DNA from: a virus
Virus record (IMG/VR): IMGVR_UViG_3300031525_000001
Location: 96,001 to 160,000 of that record
Length of the DNA: 64,000 nucleotides
Direction: 5' to 3' (one strand)
Part shown: positions 8,887-19,774 of the stretch, one piece after another
Layout of the letters: each line of letters begins with the position of its first letter
Position numbering within the stretch: the first letter of the stretch is position 1
Made by a program: the position numbers and the translations under genes
Notes under the pieces: model-generated
What the model was told of the DNA's origin: nothing
Seen by the model: only the letters and a program-made list of their open reading frames with translations
The model's database searches: none

Positions 8887-11361
8887 TTAGCTGTGTTGCA
8901 AGGCGACCACAGCTACGAGAGTCTCGTAACCGAGTGGGTTGGCGAAGCCGATTACCTCGCCAGTGCCGACTGGCGGGGAACCTGCGACTGGGCTGCCCCC
9001 AATTTCGTAGGTGACCAAGTAGTGAGCTTCAGAGCCCACCAGCTTGCCGTTGGAGATGATGTTCATTCCTGCGGCACCCGTAGCGTTTGCCGTGTTGATG
9101 GCCTCGGCTGCGGCGATGGTGACCGATCCGTTGCGAGCCAGCGCACGTCCATTGAGGGTTCCACCGTCCAGCGTGATCGACGTGTAAGCGATAATCGTAC
9201 CGACCATCGTGTTGTTGTCGCCCACCTGCGTGAAGGAACTACCCACGATCCAGATAACGTTGCCAGCTTGGGCACCGTTAGCCAAGAGGACGGATGCACC
9301 GCTCTCAAGTGTGGTCGTTGAACCAGCGATGAACACGAAGGTCGCATTCGGGTTACCCTGTGCATCCAGCGTGATGCTCGTTGGGATGTCCATCGAGGAA
9401 CCAGCAGAGTAGACGCCAGCGGAATAGCGGCTTGCGCCCAAGTTGCCCAGAGTCGAAAGGTTGGCCGACGATGCGCTGAGTACCGTTGCAGGCAGTCCAG
9501 CGAAGTAGTTGTACGCGGACGTTGCAGCGACCTGAGCCGCAGGAGCGTCAGCGTTGTCCACTGTCCACACAGCAACACCCGGCACGATGGTCGTGGTCGG
9601 GGATGAGCCAACTACGCCGCCCGTGACCACGGTCACACCAGTATTGGTGATGCCGCTGCCAGCGAGGATCGAGTAGCTTCCAGCCGATCCCAGTTGCCCG
9701 CTGGTATTGATTGCCGAGCCTTCACCAGCGCCCAAGCCGTTCGCGCTCTTCTGAAGACCGACCGCGATGATTAGATCATTGGCCTGCGTTGTTTGGAAAG
9801 CTGGTGCAACCGCAGGGTTAGCGGATGATAGGCCGACTGAAACCCCATCCAACGATACGCCCGTCATGTTCGTCCAGTCAATGACTTGGAAGTTGATGCC
9901 GCCATCGAATACTGGCTTACCAGCCGCCAGATCAAGTGGAGCCGTCACACCGTCCTGATAGACGGAATTGAGGTTCACGGCGTAAGTGCCTGCGTTTGCG
10001 GAGTAGCAAGCCCAGATGTAGAGACTCGGGTAGTAACCGTCGAGGCTCCAGTCTGCGGCAGGCCACGAGGAGTTAGGAGCGGGAGGAATTGAGTATCCGC
10101 TGTAATCCGCGTCCGCGAGGTTGATGTGTGCCAAAAGCACCCAGTTGTTGACGATAGCGGTGCCCGTGCCAGCGGTTGTCGTGATAGCTGTTGCCGACGC
10201 GATAGTGACCGCCCCGTCGCCCCCACCTACGGCAAGAGCACGCCCGTTGAGGGTGCCGCCGCCAAGGGTGATGGATGTATAGGCGAGGATGACGCCGACC
10301 ATGTTCGATGAGATACCATTCCAAACAGAGGTGAAGGAGCTTCCGACGACCCAGACCACGTTCGCAGCTTGTGCGCCGTTTGCGAGGATGATAGATGCAC
10401 CGCTCTCAAGGGTGACAGTCGAAGCTGCGATGAACACAAACAAAGCGTTCGGGTTGCCCTGAGCATCGAGGGTGATCGAAGTCGGGATGTCCAAAGTACC
10501 GCCAGAGAAGACACCTGCGTGGTAGACGCCTACTCCACCACCACCATTGTTGGTGCTGAGGTTAGCGAGACCAGTCTGGGTGGGGGTTAATCCACTGTAA
10601 TAGGTGAATGCTGCATTGCCCGCAGTGCGTGCTGCACCCGCGCTGGCATTATCAATTGCTGCTGGAGGAACGAACGTGAAGCCCGCCTCAGGACCAGTTG
10701 TCGGGGCAGAACCGATGTTGCCGCCAGAGACTACGGATGCGCCCGTGTTCGTGATACCCGCATAGGCGAGGATGGCATACTCTGACGCCGAGCCCAACTC
10801 AGCGGTGACCGCATTGGGGCTATTGCCGCCGTTCGAGGTGTCCGAGATTGTCGGAGCCGTGGGCATGAAGTCGTTCAAGCCCTGAAGGTAGCCGAAACTC
10901 GGGGATGCGCCATGAAGCTGATCGAATGGATCGAGGCTCTTGAGGCCGAATGCGATGGCAATGAGGGTATCGCCAGCCTGCGGGCTCACGTAGACGTTAT
11001 CGCCTTGGTTGCTGGACTGGAGTTTCTCGACCTTGGAGGCGTACTGCGAAGGATTGCCGTACCCAACGGATATCTGAGCCTGCCCTGCGGCAACTACAGC
11101 GGTGCTGTAGCGGTTGTTGAGGGTAAGGGTGGTCGCGGAGGACTGCACGCACACGAATTCGCCGTTGTTATTGAGGGCGGCGAAGCCAGTGATGTTGAAA
11201 GCCTTGCCTGCGTAAGCGCCGTTCGGCTGCGATGCCGTGGCTGCCCCGCCAGTGATGGTTCCTGTGTAGACTGTGGTGCCAGTGGTCGCCCCGGGATAGG
11301 GGAGAACTGATGCGGCAACCTGAGTCAGTGTAAAAATTGGACCGATTGTTGGTACGCCCAT
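8887..11361 (-). CDS. Gly/Ala/Ser/Thr-rich putative virion surface protein with two DUF3494 (ice-binding-like) domains
   Basis: Two copies of LGSA..Y.ILA..GITNTG...ITLDAQGNPNA.FVF.A.ST..LESGAS..LANGAQA.NV.W.VGSS...G.I.AYTSITL.GGTLNGRALA (about 10170-10800 and 9090-9700). Confidence 0.85.
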   Translation of the reverse strand: MGVPTIGPIFTLTQVAASVLPYPGATTGTTVYTGTITGGAATASQPNGAYAGKAFNITGFAALNNNGEFVCVQSSATTLTLNNRYSTAVVAAGQAQISVGYGNPSQYASKVEKLQSSNQGDNVYVSPQAGDTLIAIAFGLKSLDPFDQLHGASPSFGYLQGLNDFMPTAPTISDTSNGGNSPNAVTAELGSASEYAILAYAGITNTGASVVSGGNIGSAPTTGPEAGFTFVPPAAIDNASAGAARTAGNAAFTYYSGLTPTQTGLANLSTNNGGGGVGVYHAGVFSGGTLDIPTSITLDAQGNPNALFVFIAASTVTLESGASIILANGAQAANVVWVVGSSFTSVWNGISSNMVGVILAYTSITLGGGTLNGRALAVGGGDGAVTIASATAITTTAGTGTAIVNNWVLLAHINLADADYSGYSIPPAPNSSWPAADWSLDGYYPSLYIWACYSANAGTYAVNLNSVYQDGVTAPLDLAAGKPVFDGGINFQVIDWTNMTGVSLDGVSVGLSSANPAVAPAFQTTQANDLIIAVGLQKSANGLGAGEGSAINTSGQLGSAGSYSILAGSGITNTGVTVVTGGVVGSSPTTTIVPGVAVWTVDNADAPAAQVAATSAYNYFAGLPATVLSASSANLSTLGNLGASRYSAGVYSAGSSMDIPTSITLDAQGNPNATFVFIAGSTTTLESGASVLLANGAQAGNVIWIVGSSFTQVGDNNTMVGTIIAYTSITLDGGTLNGRALARNGSVTIAAAEAINTANATGAAGMNIISNGKLVGSEAHYLVTYEIGGSPVAGSPPVGTGEVIGFANPLGYETLVAVVALQHS

Positions 11362-11483
11362 GGTGAGTGTTCCTTGGAGGAAATATCCTCTACATCCAAT
11401 GGGTTTGGTAGCGAATAAAATCTGTTAACTAGCAAACTCTCTATTTAGGAGTCAATAATAGGAGGATTGCGGTATTACCTGAT

Positions 11484-12095
11484 ATGACCCCAAAAACACC
11501 GAAAAAGTGGAAACTCGAAGACCTCCCACTAGCTGTTCGACAGGCAAAGTCGTGGACGGGAGCGTGCCTTGCTTTGGGGTTAAAGGCCAATAACGGGGCA
11601 AATTTGAAGAAATGGGTCGTACAATTGGGGCTTAGTACAGATCATTTCACAGGTGAGTGGCGAAGTCGTCGTAAATTAAGTGATGCGGAGGTTTTTTGCC
11701 AAGACTCTAAGCACGTATGGGCGGCTAAGAATCGGTTTTACAAACAGACACCAGACACTTGTATGCTCTGCGGACAGGGGACAATTTGGAATGGTAGACC
11801 CTTACGGTTTCAAATTGACCATAAAAACGGCGATGGCGGTGATTGTCGCCGAGAAAACCTACAGAAAATTTGCCCCAACTGTCACACTCAAACCGACACG
11901 TATTGTGGACGAAATCGGGTTGCCACGGATGGGACTTACAGCAAAATTAACGGTCAAACAATTTGGTGTAACGGGTGTTGCCAGTGGCTTGTTCCCGACA
12001 TGTTTGGAAATAAGGCTAGTATGCCAAACGGCAAGCAATCTCGATGTGCGTCCTGCATGGAGCCGAAAACAGAGGGGGCATCGAGTGGGGCGTAA
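11484..12095 (+). CDS. HNH endonuclease with Zn ribbon
   Basis: FQIDHKNGDGGDCRRENLQKICPNCHTQTDTY; GGTATTA box 6 nt before the ATG. Confidence 0.85.
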   Translation: MTPKTPKKWKLEDLPLAVRQAKSWTGACLALGLKANNGANLKKWVVQLGLSTDHFTGEWRSRRKLSDAEVFCQDSKHVWAAKNRFYKQTPDTCMLCGQGTIWNGRPLRFQIDHKNGDGGDCRRENLQKICPNCHTQTDTYCGRNRVATDGTYSKINGQTIWCNGCCQWLVPDMFGNKASMPNGKQSRCASCMEPKTEGASSGA

Positions 12096-12522
12096 AAGAC
12101 TCTTCAACGACAAAACAAAATGGTGTCGGAAGTGTGAAAAGTGGCTCGTCTTGTCGGCTTTTGGCCTCAACAAACGCACCGCCAGTGGCCGCTCCTACTA
12201 CTGCCGCACCTGCCACAACACCTATTGTGGGACGTTTTGGACGAAAGTTCACACCTATGACGCCTTCCTCGAACGCGAATACCACATGCACCCGGGTCAG
12301 TACCTCGACCTTTGGCGGGCTCAGGATAAAAAGTGCCCGATCTGTGACTTGGCGTTGGTATTGTATAACAGGAAGACTTTGGTGGATTTCCGCGATGGGC
12401 GGGTCCATGGGCTGTTGTGTGCCGACTGCATGGAGGGACTGAAGAAGCTGAAAATCTCCCCCGAGTTGCTTGCGAAAGCCATTCAGTATCTCAAACCGAT
12501 TAGTATGGGAGTCACGCCGTGA
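12085..12522 (+). CDS. Endonuclease VII-like protein, probably degenerate active site
   Basis: GTG start after GAGGGGG. It has LWRAQDKKCPIC...VDFRDGRVHGLLCADC; the usual DHxH and CN residues are replaced. Confidence 0.65.
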   Translation: MGRKRLFNDKTKWCRKCEKWLVLSAFGLNKRTASGRSYYCRTCHNTYCGTFWTKVHTYDAFLEREYHMHPGQYLDLWRAQDKKCPICDLALVLYNRKTLVDFRDGRVHGLLCADCMEGLKKLKISPELLAKAIQYLKPISMGVTP

Positions 12523-13226
12523 GCGACGTAGCACTCGTAATCATCTGTACAGGCACCGCCTACTGGAAATTTACCCAAGCGGCGGTCGATTCGGTGCGTG
12601 CGTTCTTTCCCGCCGACATCCTTCTGTTCACGGACAATCCTCAGCAGTTTCCCGTCGCCAAGCAGGTGATGCACCCGCATCCCGGATGGCCGAACGCCAC
12701 ACTGATGCGATTCCATACCATATTGAGCCAGCGGGAATGGCTGTCCCAGTACAAGTACGTTTTCTACATGGACGTGTGCATGAACATGATGAGCCCGATA
12801 GCTGCGGCGGAAGTCCTCTCTGACGGCATCACGGCTTGCGTACACGCCTCGTTCGAATTGAGCAAGGGGCGTTACTGCACTCCCGAGGAGAACCCGAAGT
12901 CCACCGCCTACCTCAGTAAGAGGGACATCCGTAAGATGTACATTGGCGGTTTCTGGGGCGGACCAACTGAGAAAATCTTGAGCATGGCGGAAACGATCAG
13001 CAAACGCATAGACATCGACAACGCCAACAACTTTATCGCCACATGGCATGATGAGTCGCACATCAATCGCTATTTCTACGAATTCCCGCCGACGAAGGAA
13101 TTGGACTTGCCGTACAACAACTGGACTAAAACTCCTGACATCAAAATCTGGCGTGTCCCCAAGGGTACGCCCAACCGCCCGGCCGTGAACGGGGTGCAGC
13201 CATTTGAACAGAGGAATTTGCCATGA
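12519..13226 (+). CDS. Glycosyltransferase family 6 (ABO/alpha-1,3-Gal(NAc) transferase-like)
   Basis: IICTGTAY...LFTD...GWPNATLMRF...YMDV...YIGGFWGG...WHDESHINRYF. Confidence 0.85.
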   Translation: MSDVALVIICTGTAYWKFTQAAVDSVRAFFPADILLFTDNPQQFPVAKQVMHPHPGWPNATLMRFHTILSQREWLSQYKYVFYMDVCMNMMSPIAAAEVLSDGITACVHASFELSKGRYCTPEENPKSTAYLSKRDIRKMYIGGFWGGPTEKILSMAETISKRIDIDNANNFIATWHDESHINRYFYEFPPTKELDLPYNNWTKTPDIKIWRVPKGTPNRPAVNGVQPFEQRNLP

Positions 13227-13918
13227 AGGTGCTGGTAGCGATCTTGGCTTGCCATAGGTACGTCGGTATGCCGGGTAAAGGCTGGGATTGGACGAATAGG
13301 ATGAAGCACAATTCCATCCCCGTAGACGTACAGATCGCGGCGTGCCGTGAGACTTGGGTCAAGGATTTTGCAGCTTACCCCAATGTCGATGTGAGGTTCT
13401 TCTATGGGCGCGGAGCGAATCGACAGCCGCTACCCGATGAAGTGTTTTTGGACGTTCCAGATGACTACAAAAGCCTGCCGTACAAGACAAGAGGCGTGTG
13501 CCAATGGTCAGGGGAGCGCCAATACGATTTCATCTTCAAGACTGATGATGACACCTTTGTTTGGGTGGATCGCCTGATGAAGAGCGGGTTTGAGGCTTAC
13601 GACTATGTGGGTTCCGCCAGCGTTCATACACCTCAAAACCTTTACGTGACTGGACTAGGGTACTGGTTGAGCGCAAGGGCCGCTAGGTTGGTCGCAGCCG
13701 CGCAACCAAACAATACATTAGAGGATCACTGGGTGGGGTCGGTGATGCGTAAAGCTAGGATCATTCCAAAGCATGATACGCGGTATCATCCCATAGCTGG
13801 CAAATTCGTAGGCGTAGCCGCGATGCCGAGGAATTCCGAGTTTATCGCCGTTCATCCGTGCGATCCTACTATGATGCGTACCTACGCTCAGGAGTTGAAA
13901 ATCCATGGTGACAGTTAA
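13223..13918 (+). CDS. GT31-like (galactosyltransferase-type) glycosyltransferase, paralog 1
   Basis: FFYG...LDVPDDYKSLPYKT...YDFIFKTDDDTFV...DYVG...GLGYWLS...EDHWVG. Confidence 0.75.
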   Translation: MKVLVAILACHRYVGMPGKGWDWTNRMKHNSIPVDVQIAACRETWVKDFAAYPNVDVRFFYGRGANRQPLPDEVFLDVPDDYKSLPYKTRGVCQWSGERQYDFIFKTDDDTFVWVDRLMKSGFEAYDYVGSASVHTPQNLYVTGLGYWLSARAARLVAAAQPNNTLEDHWVGSVMRKARIIPKHDTRYHPIAGKFVGVAAMPRNSEFIAVHPCDPTMMRTYAQELKIHGDS

Positions 13919-14675
13919 TTTAATGGGAGGGTTGGGGAATCAGCTTTTCCAATACGCCTACAGTAGAGCACTCGCAGCGCAGGGTCGCGAGGTCTATCTC
14001 ACGAACATACAGGTTGTCAATGTTACGGACCACCGCATCTATTCTCTAGACGGTTTCAATACTATCGTCAAGCTCCACAACCCCCCGCCTATTGGGGCAG
14101 CGCCACTCTACGAGAGCGGACTACCCTTTGACGAGAGAATGCTTAACATCCCCGAACCTACCATCGTCTACGGCTATTTTCAAACAGAAAAGTATTTCCT
14201 AAACATCGAAGACTCAATTCGTAAAGAATTGACCCTGAAATCCTCGCTGAGTGAAAAGGCTCAAGCAATTGCCAAGGAGATTCAAAGCTGTGAAAGCATC
14301 TCCCTCCATGTACGCCGAGGCGACTATCTGCAATTGCTCGCATTTCATGGAATGGTGGAACCAACGTATTACACGGCAGCCATTGGTACAATCTCACAAA
14401 AGGTTTCCAACCCCAAGGTCTTCATCTTTTCCGATGACCCGAAATGGTGTGAGGATAACCTGACTGGGACGGTCATTGAAACGGGAAGCAAGTTTGAAGA
14501 CCTCCACTTGATGTCCCTCTGTCGTCACAACGTGATCGTGAACAGTTCTTTCAGTTGGTGGGGTGCGTGGCTGAATCCGAACCCAGATAAAATCGTCGTG
14601 GCACCTAAACGATGGTTTTCTGCAAAGGATTTAGACAGTCGAGACATCATACCTGACGGGTGGATTAAAATATGA
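13905..14675 (+). CDS. Glycosyltransferase family 11 (alpha-1,2-fucosyl/colitosyltransferase)
   Basis: [50 protein letters not shown]. Confidence 0.92.
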   Translation: MVTVNLMGGLGNQLFQYAYSRALAAQGREVYLTNIQVVNVTDHRIYSLDGFNTIVKLHNPPPIGAAPLYESGLPFDERMLNIPEPTIVYGYFQTEKYFLNIEDSIRKELTLKSSLSEKAQAIAKEIQSCESISLHVRRGDYLQLLAFHGMVEPTYYTAAIGTISQKVSNPKVFIFSDDPKWCEDNLTGTVIETGSKFEDLHLMSLCRHNVIVNSSFSWWGAWLNPNPDKIVVAPKRWFSAKDLDSRDIIPDGWIKI

Positions 14676-15670
14676 AGGCTCTAATTACAGGAATAACGGG
14701 GCAGGATGGTTCATACTTGGCGGAACTTCTGCTGGAGAAGGGCTACGAAGTCCACGGTGTCATTCGTCGATCAAGCAGTTTCAACACTGGACGAATTGAC
14801 CACATTTTTGATCGTCTCCACCTCCACTACTGCGATTTGACTGACGGTAGTGCCCTGAGTCGGTTGGTGGGGGAAATTCAACCCGATGAGGTGTACAACT
14901 TGGGAGCACAGAGCCATGTGCGCGTTAGCTTCGACATCCCCGAGTACACTGCCGATGTAGATGCTTTGGGGACGCTACGGCTTCTCGAAGCAATCAAGGC
15001 ACAGTGCCCTACGGCCAAATTTTATCAAGCATCGTCCAGTGAATTGTTCGGAAAGGTGCTGGAAGTGCCGCAGACTGAAAAGACCCCATTCTATCCTCGG
15101 AGTCCTTACGGTATTGCCAAGCAGTTTGCATTTTGGACGACCGTGAACTATCGTGAAATGGGCATGTTTGCCTGCAACGGCATCCTGTTCAACCATGAGT
15201 CTCCTCGGCGTGGCGAAACCTTCGTATCGCGCAAGATTACCAAAGCAGCGACGAGGATCAAGGTGGGACTCCAAAAGGAACTCTTGCTGGGAAACCTTGA
15301 CGCTAAACGTGACTGGGGATATGCTAAAGATTACGTGGAAGCCATGTGGCTCATGCTACAGCAACCCACCCCCGAGGATTTCGTTATTGCCACGGGAGAA
15401 ACACACACGGTGCGGGAGTTTCTGGATGAGACATTTGAATATCTGGGACTGGACTGGAACAAGTACGTGGGGATCGATCCGAAATACTATCGCCCCACAG
15501 AAGTAGATATCCTACTCGGGGATGCATCCAAGGCAAAAAGGATGCTGGGTTGGGAACCCCAGTGGAAGTTTCGAAATTTAGTCCGCATGATGGTTGACGC
15601 GGACATGGCGGACGCTCGCAGAGAATGTGGGCCTAATGGTGGAAATCCTTACGAATGGGACTGGCAATGA
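14672..15670 (+). CDS. gmd: GDP-mannose 4,6-dehydratase
   Basis: [70 protein letters not shown]. Confidence 0.96.
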   Translation: MKALITGITGQDGSYLAELLLEKGYEVHGVIRRSSSFNTGRIDHIFDRLHLHYCDLTDGSALSRLVGEIQPDEVYNLGAQSHVRVSFDIPEYTADVDALGTLRLLEAIKAQCPTAKFYQASSSELFGKVLEVPQTEKTPFYPRSPYGIAKQFAFWTTVNYREMGMFACNGILFNHESPRRGETFVSRKITKAATRIKVGLQKELLLGNLDAKRDWGYAKDYVEAMWLMLQQPTPEDFVIATGETHTVREFLDETFEYLGLDWNKYVGIDPKYYRPTEVDILLGDASKAKRMLGWEPQWKFRNLVRMMVDADMADARRECGPNGGNPYEWDWQ

Positions 15671-16680
15671 CAACGACTCAAATGCTTAACCTCTTAATTC
15701 ATGATGCTGAAGAAGCTCTAAGCGTGGTTGATTATAAACCACTCGATGGCGCTCGTGTTTTTATTTCGGGGGCTACGGGGTTAATCGGTATGCACCTCCT
15801 GACGATTCTCTATGTCCTCAAACGGGAGGGGTACAAGATTGAGGGTTTCGGACAGTACCACAGCGAACCCGCGCCGTACACCAAAGAGCTTGCGACCCTT
15901 GCTGGGTTCGATCTTTATCACGATTCAATGAAGGTGCCTCAAACAGATGTTATCATCCACTCAGCGGGGTACGGTCAACCCATGATTTTCATGGCTAACC
16001 CCGCAGCGACCATTCTTGTAAACACAGCCGTTACAGAACGGCTGTTGGAATCCCTCAACTCGGGGGGTCGTTTCCTTTTTGTGAGTTCCAATGAAGTTTA
16101 CCACGGTCTACACAAGGAGTTCGCTACGGAAGAAGACATTGGAACCACCACCCCCTACCATCCACGAGCGGGCTACATTGAGGGAAAGCGGAGCGGCGAA
16201 GCAATTACTCACTCCTACCGTAAGAACGGTGTTAACGCGGCGTCTGCCCGCCTCAACCTGACCTATGGCCTCGGCGCTCGTAAGGGTGACAAACGAGCCC
16301 TAAGCGGATTTATCGATCAAGCAGTAACAGCCAATCACATCGAGATGAAATTTTCAGGTAAAGAGATGCGGACATGCTGCTACGCTAAAGACGTTGCGAC
16401 GATGTTGTGGAGGGTTATCCTTCACGGCACAAAACCCGTTTACAACGTTGGCGAGCGTTCCACAACCAGTATCGCCGAATTAGCAACCATCGTTGCTCGG
16501 CTTACAGGGTCAACGATTCAAATTCCAGAGGAGGATAAGGAACTGCCCGGTTCTCACGCCCTGCCTCGGATGGACATCTCTCTAATGGAGGCTGACTTAG
16601 GAAAGACCGAGTACACCACTCTGGAAGAGGGTCTGAAGAGAACAATCGCGTGGCATAGGGGGCTACATGAATCACTTTAA
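15667..16680 (+). CDS. NAD-dependent epimerase/dehydratase/reductase (extended SDR)
   Basis: GATGLIG Rossmann motif, VSSNEVY, YIEGK (YxxxK); ATGA overlap with gmd. Confidence 0.85.
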   Translation: MTTTQMLNLLIHDAEEALSVVDYKPLDGARVFISGATGLIGMHLLTILYVLKREGYKIEGFGQYHSEPAPYTKELATLAGFDLYHDSMKVPQTDVIIHSAGYGQPMIFMANPAATILVNTAVTERLLESLNSGGRFLFVSSNEVYHGLHKEFATEEDIGTTTPYHPRAGYIEGKRSGEAITHSYRKNGVNAASARLNLTYGLGARKGDKRALSGFIDQAVTANHIEMKFSGKEMRTCCYAKDVATMLWRVILHGTKPVYNVGERSTTSIAELATIVARLTGSTIQIPEEDKELPGSHALPRMDISLMEADLGKTEYTTLEEGLKRTIAWHRGLHESL

Positions 16681-17215
16681 GGTAGAAGACGAGAAGTTTG
16701 GCGGGCGTGTGAAGTTGATATCCTCAACCTGTTTTGAGGATAGTCGCGGCTTTTTTAACATCACTTACCTCGATGACGAGATGAAAGAAATGGGTCTCCC
16801 GCCGTTTGTCCGCGATCTCCACTCCCGCTCCATGAAGGACGTAGTTCGAGGGCTGCACTTTCAGTCTACACCACCCATGGCAAAGCTGATGCGTGTTCCA
16901 CGCGGTAGAGTTTTTATGGTGACGGTTGATGTTAACCCACAATCCCCCACGTTCCTACAATACTACAGCCTCATTATGGAGGAGGGGGACAAACTTCAGC
17001 TTTGGGGTGAGGCGGACATTGCTCGGGGTTTCTGTGCTTTAGAGGATTACTCCGAGGTGCAGTACAAGTGCTCGGGGCATTTCAATAAAGCATTCGATGA
17101 CGCAATCCTGTGGGATGATCCTGTTATCGGCATCGACTGGCCTGTAAAAGATCACCCCATCTTGTCGGATAGGGATCGACACGCCGTAACCGCGAAGGAG
17201 TTTTTCCACCTATGA
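16667..17215 (+). CDS. rmlC: NDP-4-keto-6-deoxyhexose 3,5-epimerase (RmlC-like cupin)
   Basis: DSRGFF, SRSMKDVVRGLHFQ, IARGFCAL, ILWDDPVIGIDWP, ILSDRD. Confidence 0.85.
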   Translation: MNHFKVEDEKFGGRVKLISSTCFEDSRGFFNITYLDDEMKEMGLPPFVRDLHSRSMKDVVRGLHFQSTPPMAKLMRVPRGRVFMVTVDVNPQSPTFLQYYSLIMEEGDKLQLWGEADIARGFCALEDYSEVQYKCSGHFNKAFDDAILWDDPVIGIDWPVKDHPILSDRDRHAVTAKEFFHL

Positions 17216-18384
17216 GGCCCATAACTCTAGGAAATCTGGACATCAGTACGAAGGGCAAGCAGTACGTCAACGATGCCCTAAATAACAATCGCCTATCAAA
17301 GGGTGAGTACACTCTTGCCTTTGAGAAGGGGTTTGCTGATTTGCACGGGTCAAAGCACGGCATTTTTATGAATAGCGGCACCAGTGCCCTACAGGTTGCG
17401 CTCGCGGCCCTCAAAGAAGTCCACGGCTATCAGGATGGGGACGAAGTGATCGTTCCCGCGATCACGTTCATCGCTACCAGCAATATCGTCATCCAAAATA
17501 ACATGAAGCCCGTCTTTGTGGACGTTGACCCCCTTACCTTTAATCTAAACCCCGCGAGGGTCGAAGAGGCCGTTACCCCCCGCACACGCTGTATCATTCC
17601 AGTTCATCTGTTTGGGCTGCCCGCTGATATGACCGCTATCATGGAAATTGCGAGTAGGTGCGGGCTTCAGGTAATCGAGGATTCCTGCGAGACAATGTTT
17701 GCGAACCTAAACGGTCAGTCTGTTGGGTCTTTCGGTGACTTTGGTTGTTTTTCCACCTATGTCGCACACCTGATTGTCGGCGGTGTGGGTGGTATCGTAA
17801 CGACCAGCAACACGGAGCTTGACGGACTTTGCCGTAGCTTGATGGCACACGGACGTGACAGTATCTACACAAACATTGATGACGATGACAACCCCGAATC
17901 AATTGAACTCTCAAAGCAAATCATCGAGAGACGCTATCGTTTTGAACGTGTGGGCTACTCCTATCGCGCTACGGAACTGGAGGCTGCCATAGCCCTGAGC
18001 GAGTTGGAACGTTGGGAAGAAAACATCCTAACCCGCCGTACTAATGCATCCGAACTGACGAGTCTGTTGAGCGATATCCCCGAGCTACAGCTACCCGTCG
18101 TGCCTGAGGGGTATCAGCATTCGTTTATGATGTATCCCATGGTGCTCGATGTCTCCGGTAGGGATAAACTCCTGATGTACTTGGAAGAGCGGGGCATTGA
18201 GACACGCTATCTCTTTCCCCTCCTTAGCCAACCGATCTATCAGAAATTGTTCCCGGGTGAAGCGGCCAATCACCCAGTCGCAGAGCATCTGGCTAAGAAT
18301 GGTTTCTTCATCGGTATGCATCAGGGCTTGACCTCAAGCGACATACACTACGTTTCAGAGGTTTTGCACGAGTACCTAAAATGA
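17212..18384 (+). CDS. DegT/DnrJ/EryC1/StrS-family PLP enzyme with His at the Schiff-base Lys position (ColD/E1-like 3-dehydratase candidate)
   Basis: NSGTSALQVAL, IPVHLFG, IEDSCE, FSTYVAHLIVGGVGG (His186, CAC at 17767). Confidence 0.85.
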   Translation: MRPITLGNLDISTKGKQYVNDALNNNRLSKGEYTLAFEKGFADLHGSKHGIFMNSGTSALQVALAALKEVHGYQDGDEVIVPAITFIATSNIVIQNNMKPVFVDVDPLTFNLNPARVEEAVTPRTRCIIPVHLFGLPADMTAIMEIASRCGLQVIEDSCETMFANLNGQSVGSFGDFGCFSTYVAHLIVGGVGGIVTTSNTELDGLCRSLMAHGRDSIYTNIDDDDNPESIELSKQIIERRYRFERVGYSYRATELEAAIALSELERWEENILTRRTNASELTSLLSDIPELQLPVVPEGYQHSFMMYPMVLDVSGRDKLLMYLEERGIETRYLFPLLSQPIYQKLFPGEAANHPVAEHLAKNGFFIGMHQGLTSSDIHYVSEVLHEYLK

Positions 18385-19073
18385 CGCCAGAAACTTTCGA
18401 ACAGAATTTTCAGAAACTTTGTAGTGAGTCTCAAGCTGACGGGCGGTTCACTCCCTCCCGCGATATTTGGTCTCCTCGGTTAGACGAGGACACGCAACAA
18501 CTGACTTGGGACCAACACTACATCTATCACACGGGGTGGGCATCCCGCGTGCTCGCTGCTACCCGACCAGCTAAACACATCGATATTGCATCCTTGAATT
18601 TTTGGGCTGTGGCGGTGTCGGCCTTCATTCCCATGGAGTTCTATGAGTTTCGCCCTATGCCCTGTAAGGGATTGTCCAGTTTTGTTTGCGGTGAGGCCAA
18701 CCTTACGTCGCTTCCGTTTGCCGACAATTCAATAGATTCCCTTTCAAGCCTTCACACCCTTGAGCACATCGGATTGGGCAGGTATGGAGACGCGGTGGAT
18801 GCTTCGGGGGACAGAAAAGCGGCGGCGGAATTAGTCCGCGTCTTAGCGCCGGGGGGTCAATTACTCATGGCTGTTCCTTGCGGAAAACCACGTCTCATTT
18901 ACAACATGGGGAGAGTTTATTCGTACCAGATGGTGGTGGACATGTTTTATCCCCTCAAAGTGGCCGAGTTTGCCCTATGGACTGATGATCCGCAGGAATT
19001 TATTCTCAACGCCGATCCCGCCCTCGTAGCAAAATGTGAAGGCGGGTGTGGTTGTTGGAGGTTTGTAAAATGA
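18381..19073 (+). CDS. SAM-dependent methyltransferase-like protein (DUF268-type)
   Basis: HTGWASRVL...HIDIAS, SLSSLHTLEHIGLGRYGD, VRVLAPGG. Confidence 0.75.
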   Translation: MTPETFEQNFQKLCSESQADGRFTPSRDIWSPRLDEDTQQLTWDQHYIYHTGWASRVLAATRPAKHIDIASLNFWAVAVSAFIPMEFYEFRPMPCKGLSSFVCGEANLTSLPFADNSIDSLSSLHTLEHIGLGRYGDAVDASGDRKAAAELVRVLAPGGQLLMAVPCGKPRLIYNMGRVYSYQMVVDMFYPLKVAEFALWTDDPQEFILNADPALVAKCEGGCGCWRFVK

Positions 19074-19774
19074 AAGTTCTAATCGCCATCATCTCCTTTC
19101 AGGGAGATGCTGAAAACGGAAATCACGACAAGATTCGACAGACTTGGGGTAAAGACGTTGCCCCCGCTGGCGCAGACCTACGCTTCTTTATAGGTCGCCG
19201 CGACAAATTCTATCAACCGAAACCCGACGAAACGCTGATCCCTTGGCAAGAAGACGGTACGCGGACCTGCCAGCATCCGTATTGGCACGCGGAGCCGGGG
19301 TGTACCTGTGTAGAATACTGGCAAGTCCTGTATCGGGGGATTCTGGACTGGTCTATTCGCAACGGGTACGACCACACCTTCCTCGCCGAAAATGACACTT
19401 TCCTCGTCCCGCGTAAGTTGATGAAACTCGGTTTTGAGAACTATGATTTTTCTGGCTGGATGATGTACGTTCACGCAGACAAGCCCGATTATTACTACGC
19501 GGAACCCGGTGGGTATTTCCTTTCACGACGGGCGGCTGAGGCCGTATTGAAAACAACCCCCGACCATTTGCACTTTGAAAACCTTGTTTGTGATGTGTTG
19601 AGACCTATGGCTGAGCGGGGGGAGATGGCGATCAAATCCCTTGACCATTTTTGGAATGAGACTTCTTGGCATTACCGAGCGCAGGGGATTATAGACCCAG
19701 TGATTAGGGATGGCTACCCCGTGGGTTCTCCTTGGATGTTCGACATGTATAAGAAACACGGAGCAGATCAATGA
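19070..19774 (+). CDS. GT31-like glycosyltransferase, paralog 2
   Basis: MKVLIAIIS...IRQTWG...RFFIG...GYDHTFLAENDTFL...YDFSG...GGYFLSRRAA. Confidence 0.7.
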   Translation: MKVLIAIISFQGDAENGNHDKIRQTWGKDVAPAGADLRFFIGRRDKFYQPKPDETLIPWQEDGTRTCQHPYWHAEPGCTCVEYWQVLYRGILDWSIRNGYDHTFLAENDTFLVPRKLMKLGFENYDFSGWMMYVHADKPDYYYAEPGGYFLSRRAAEAVLKTTPDHLHFENLVCDVLRPMAERGEMAIKSLDHFWNETSWHYRAQGIIDPVIRDGYPVGSPWMFDMYKKHGADQ

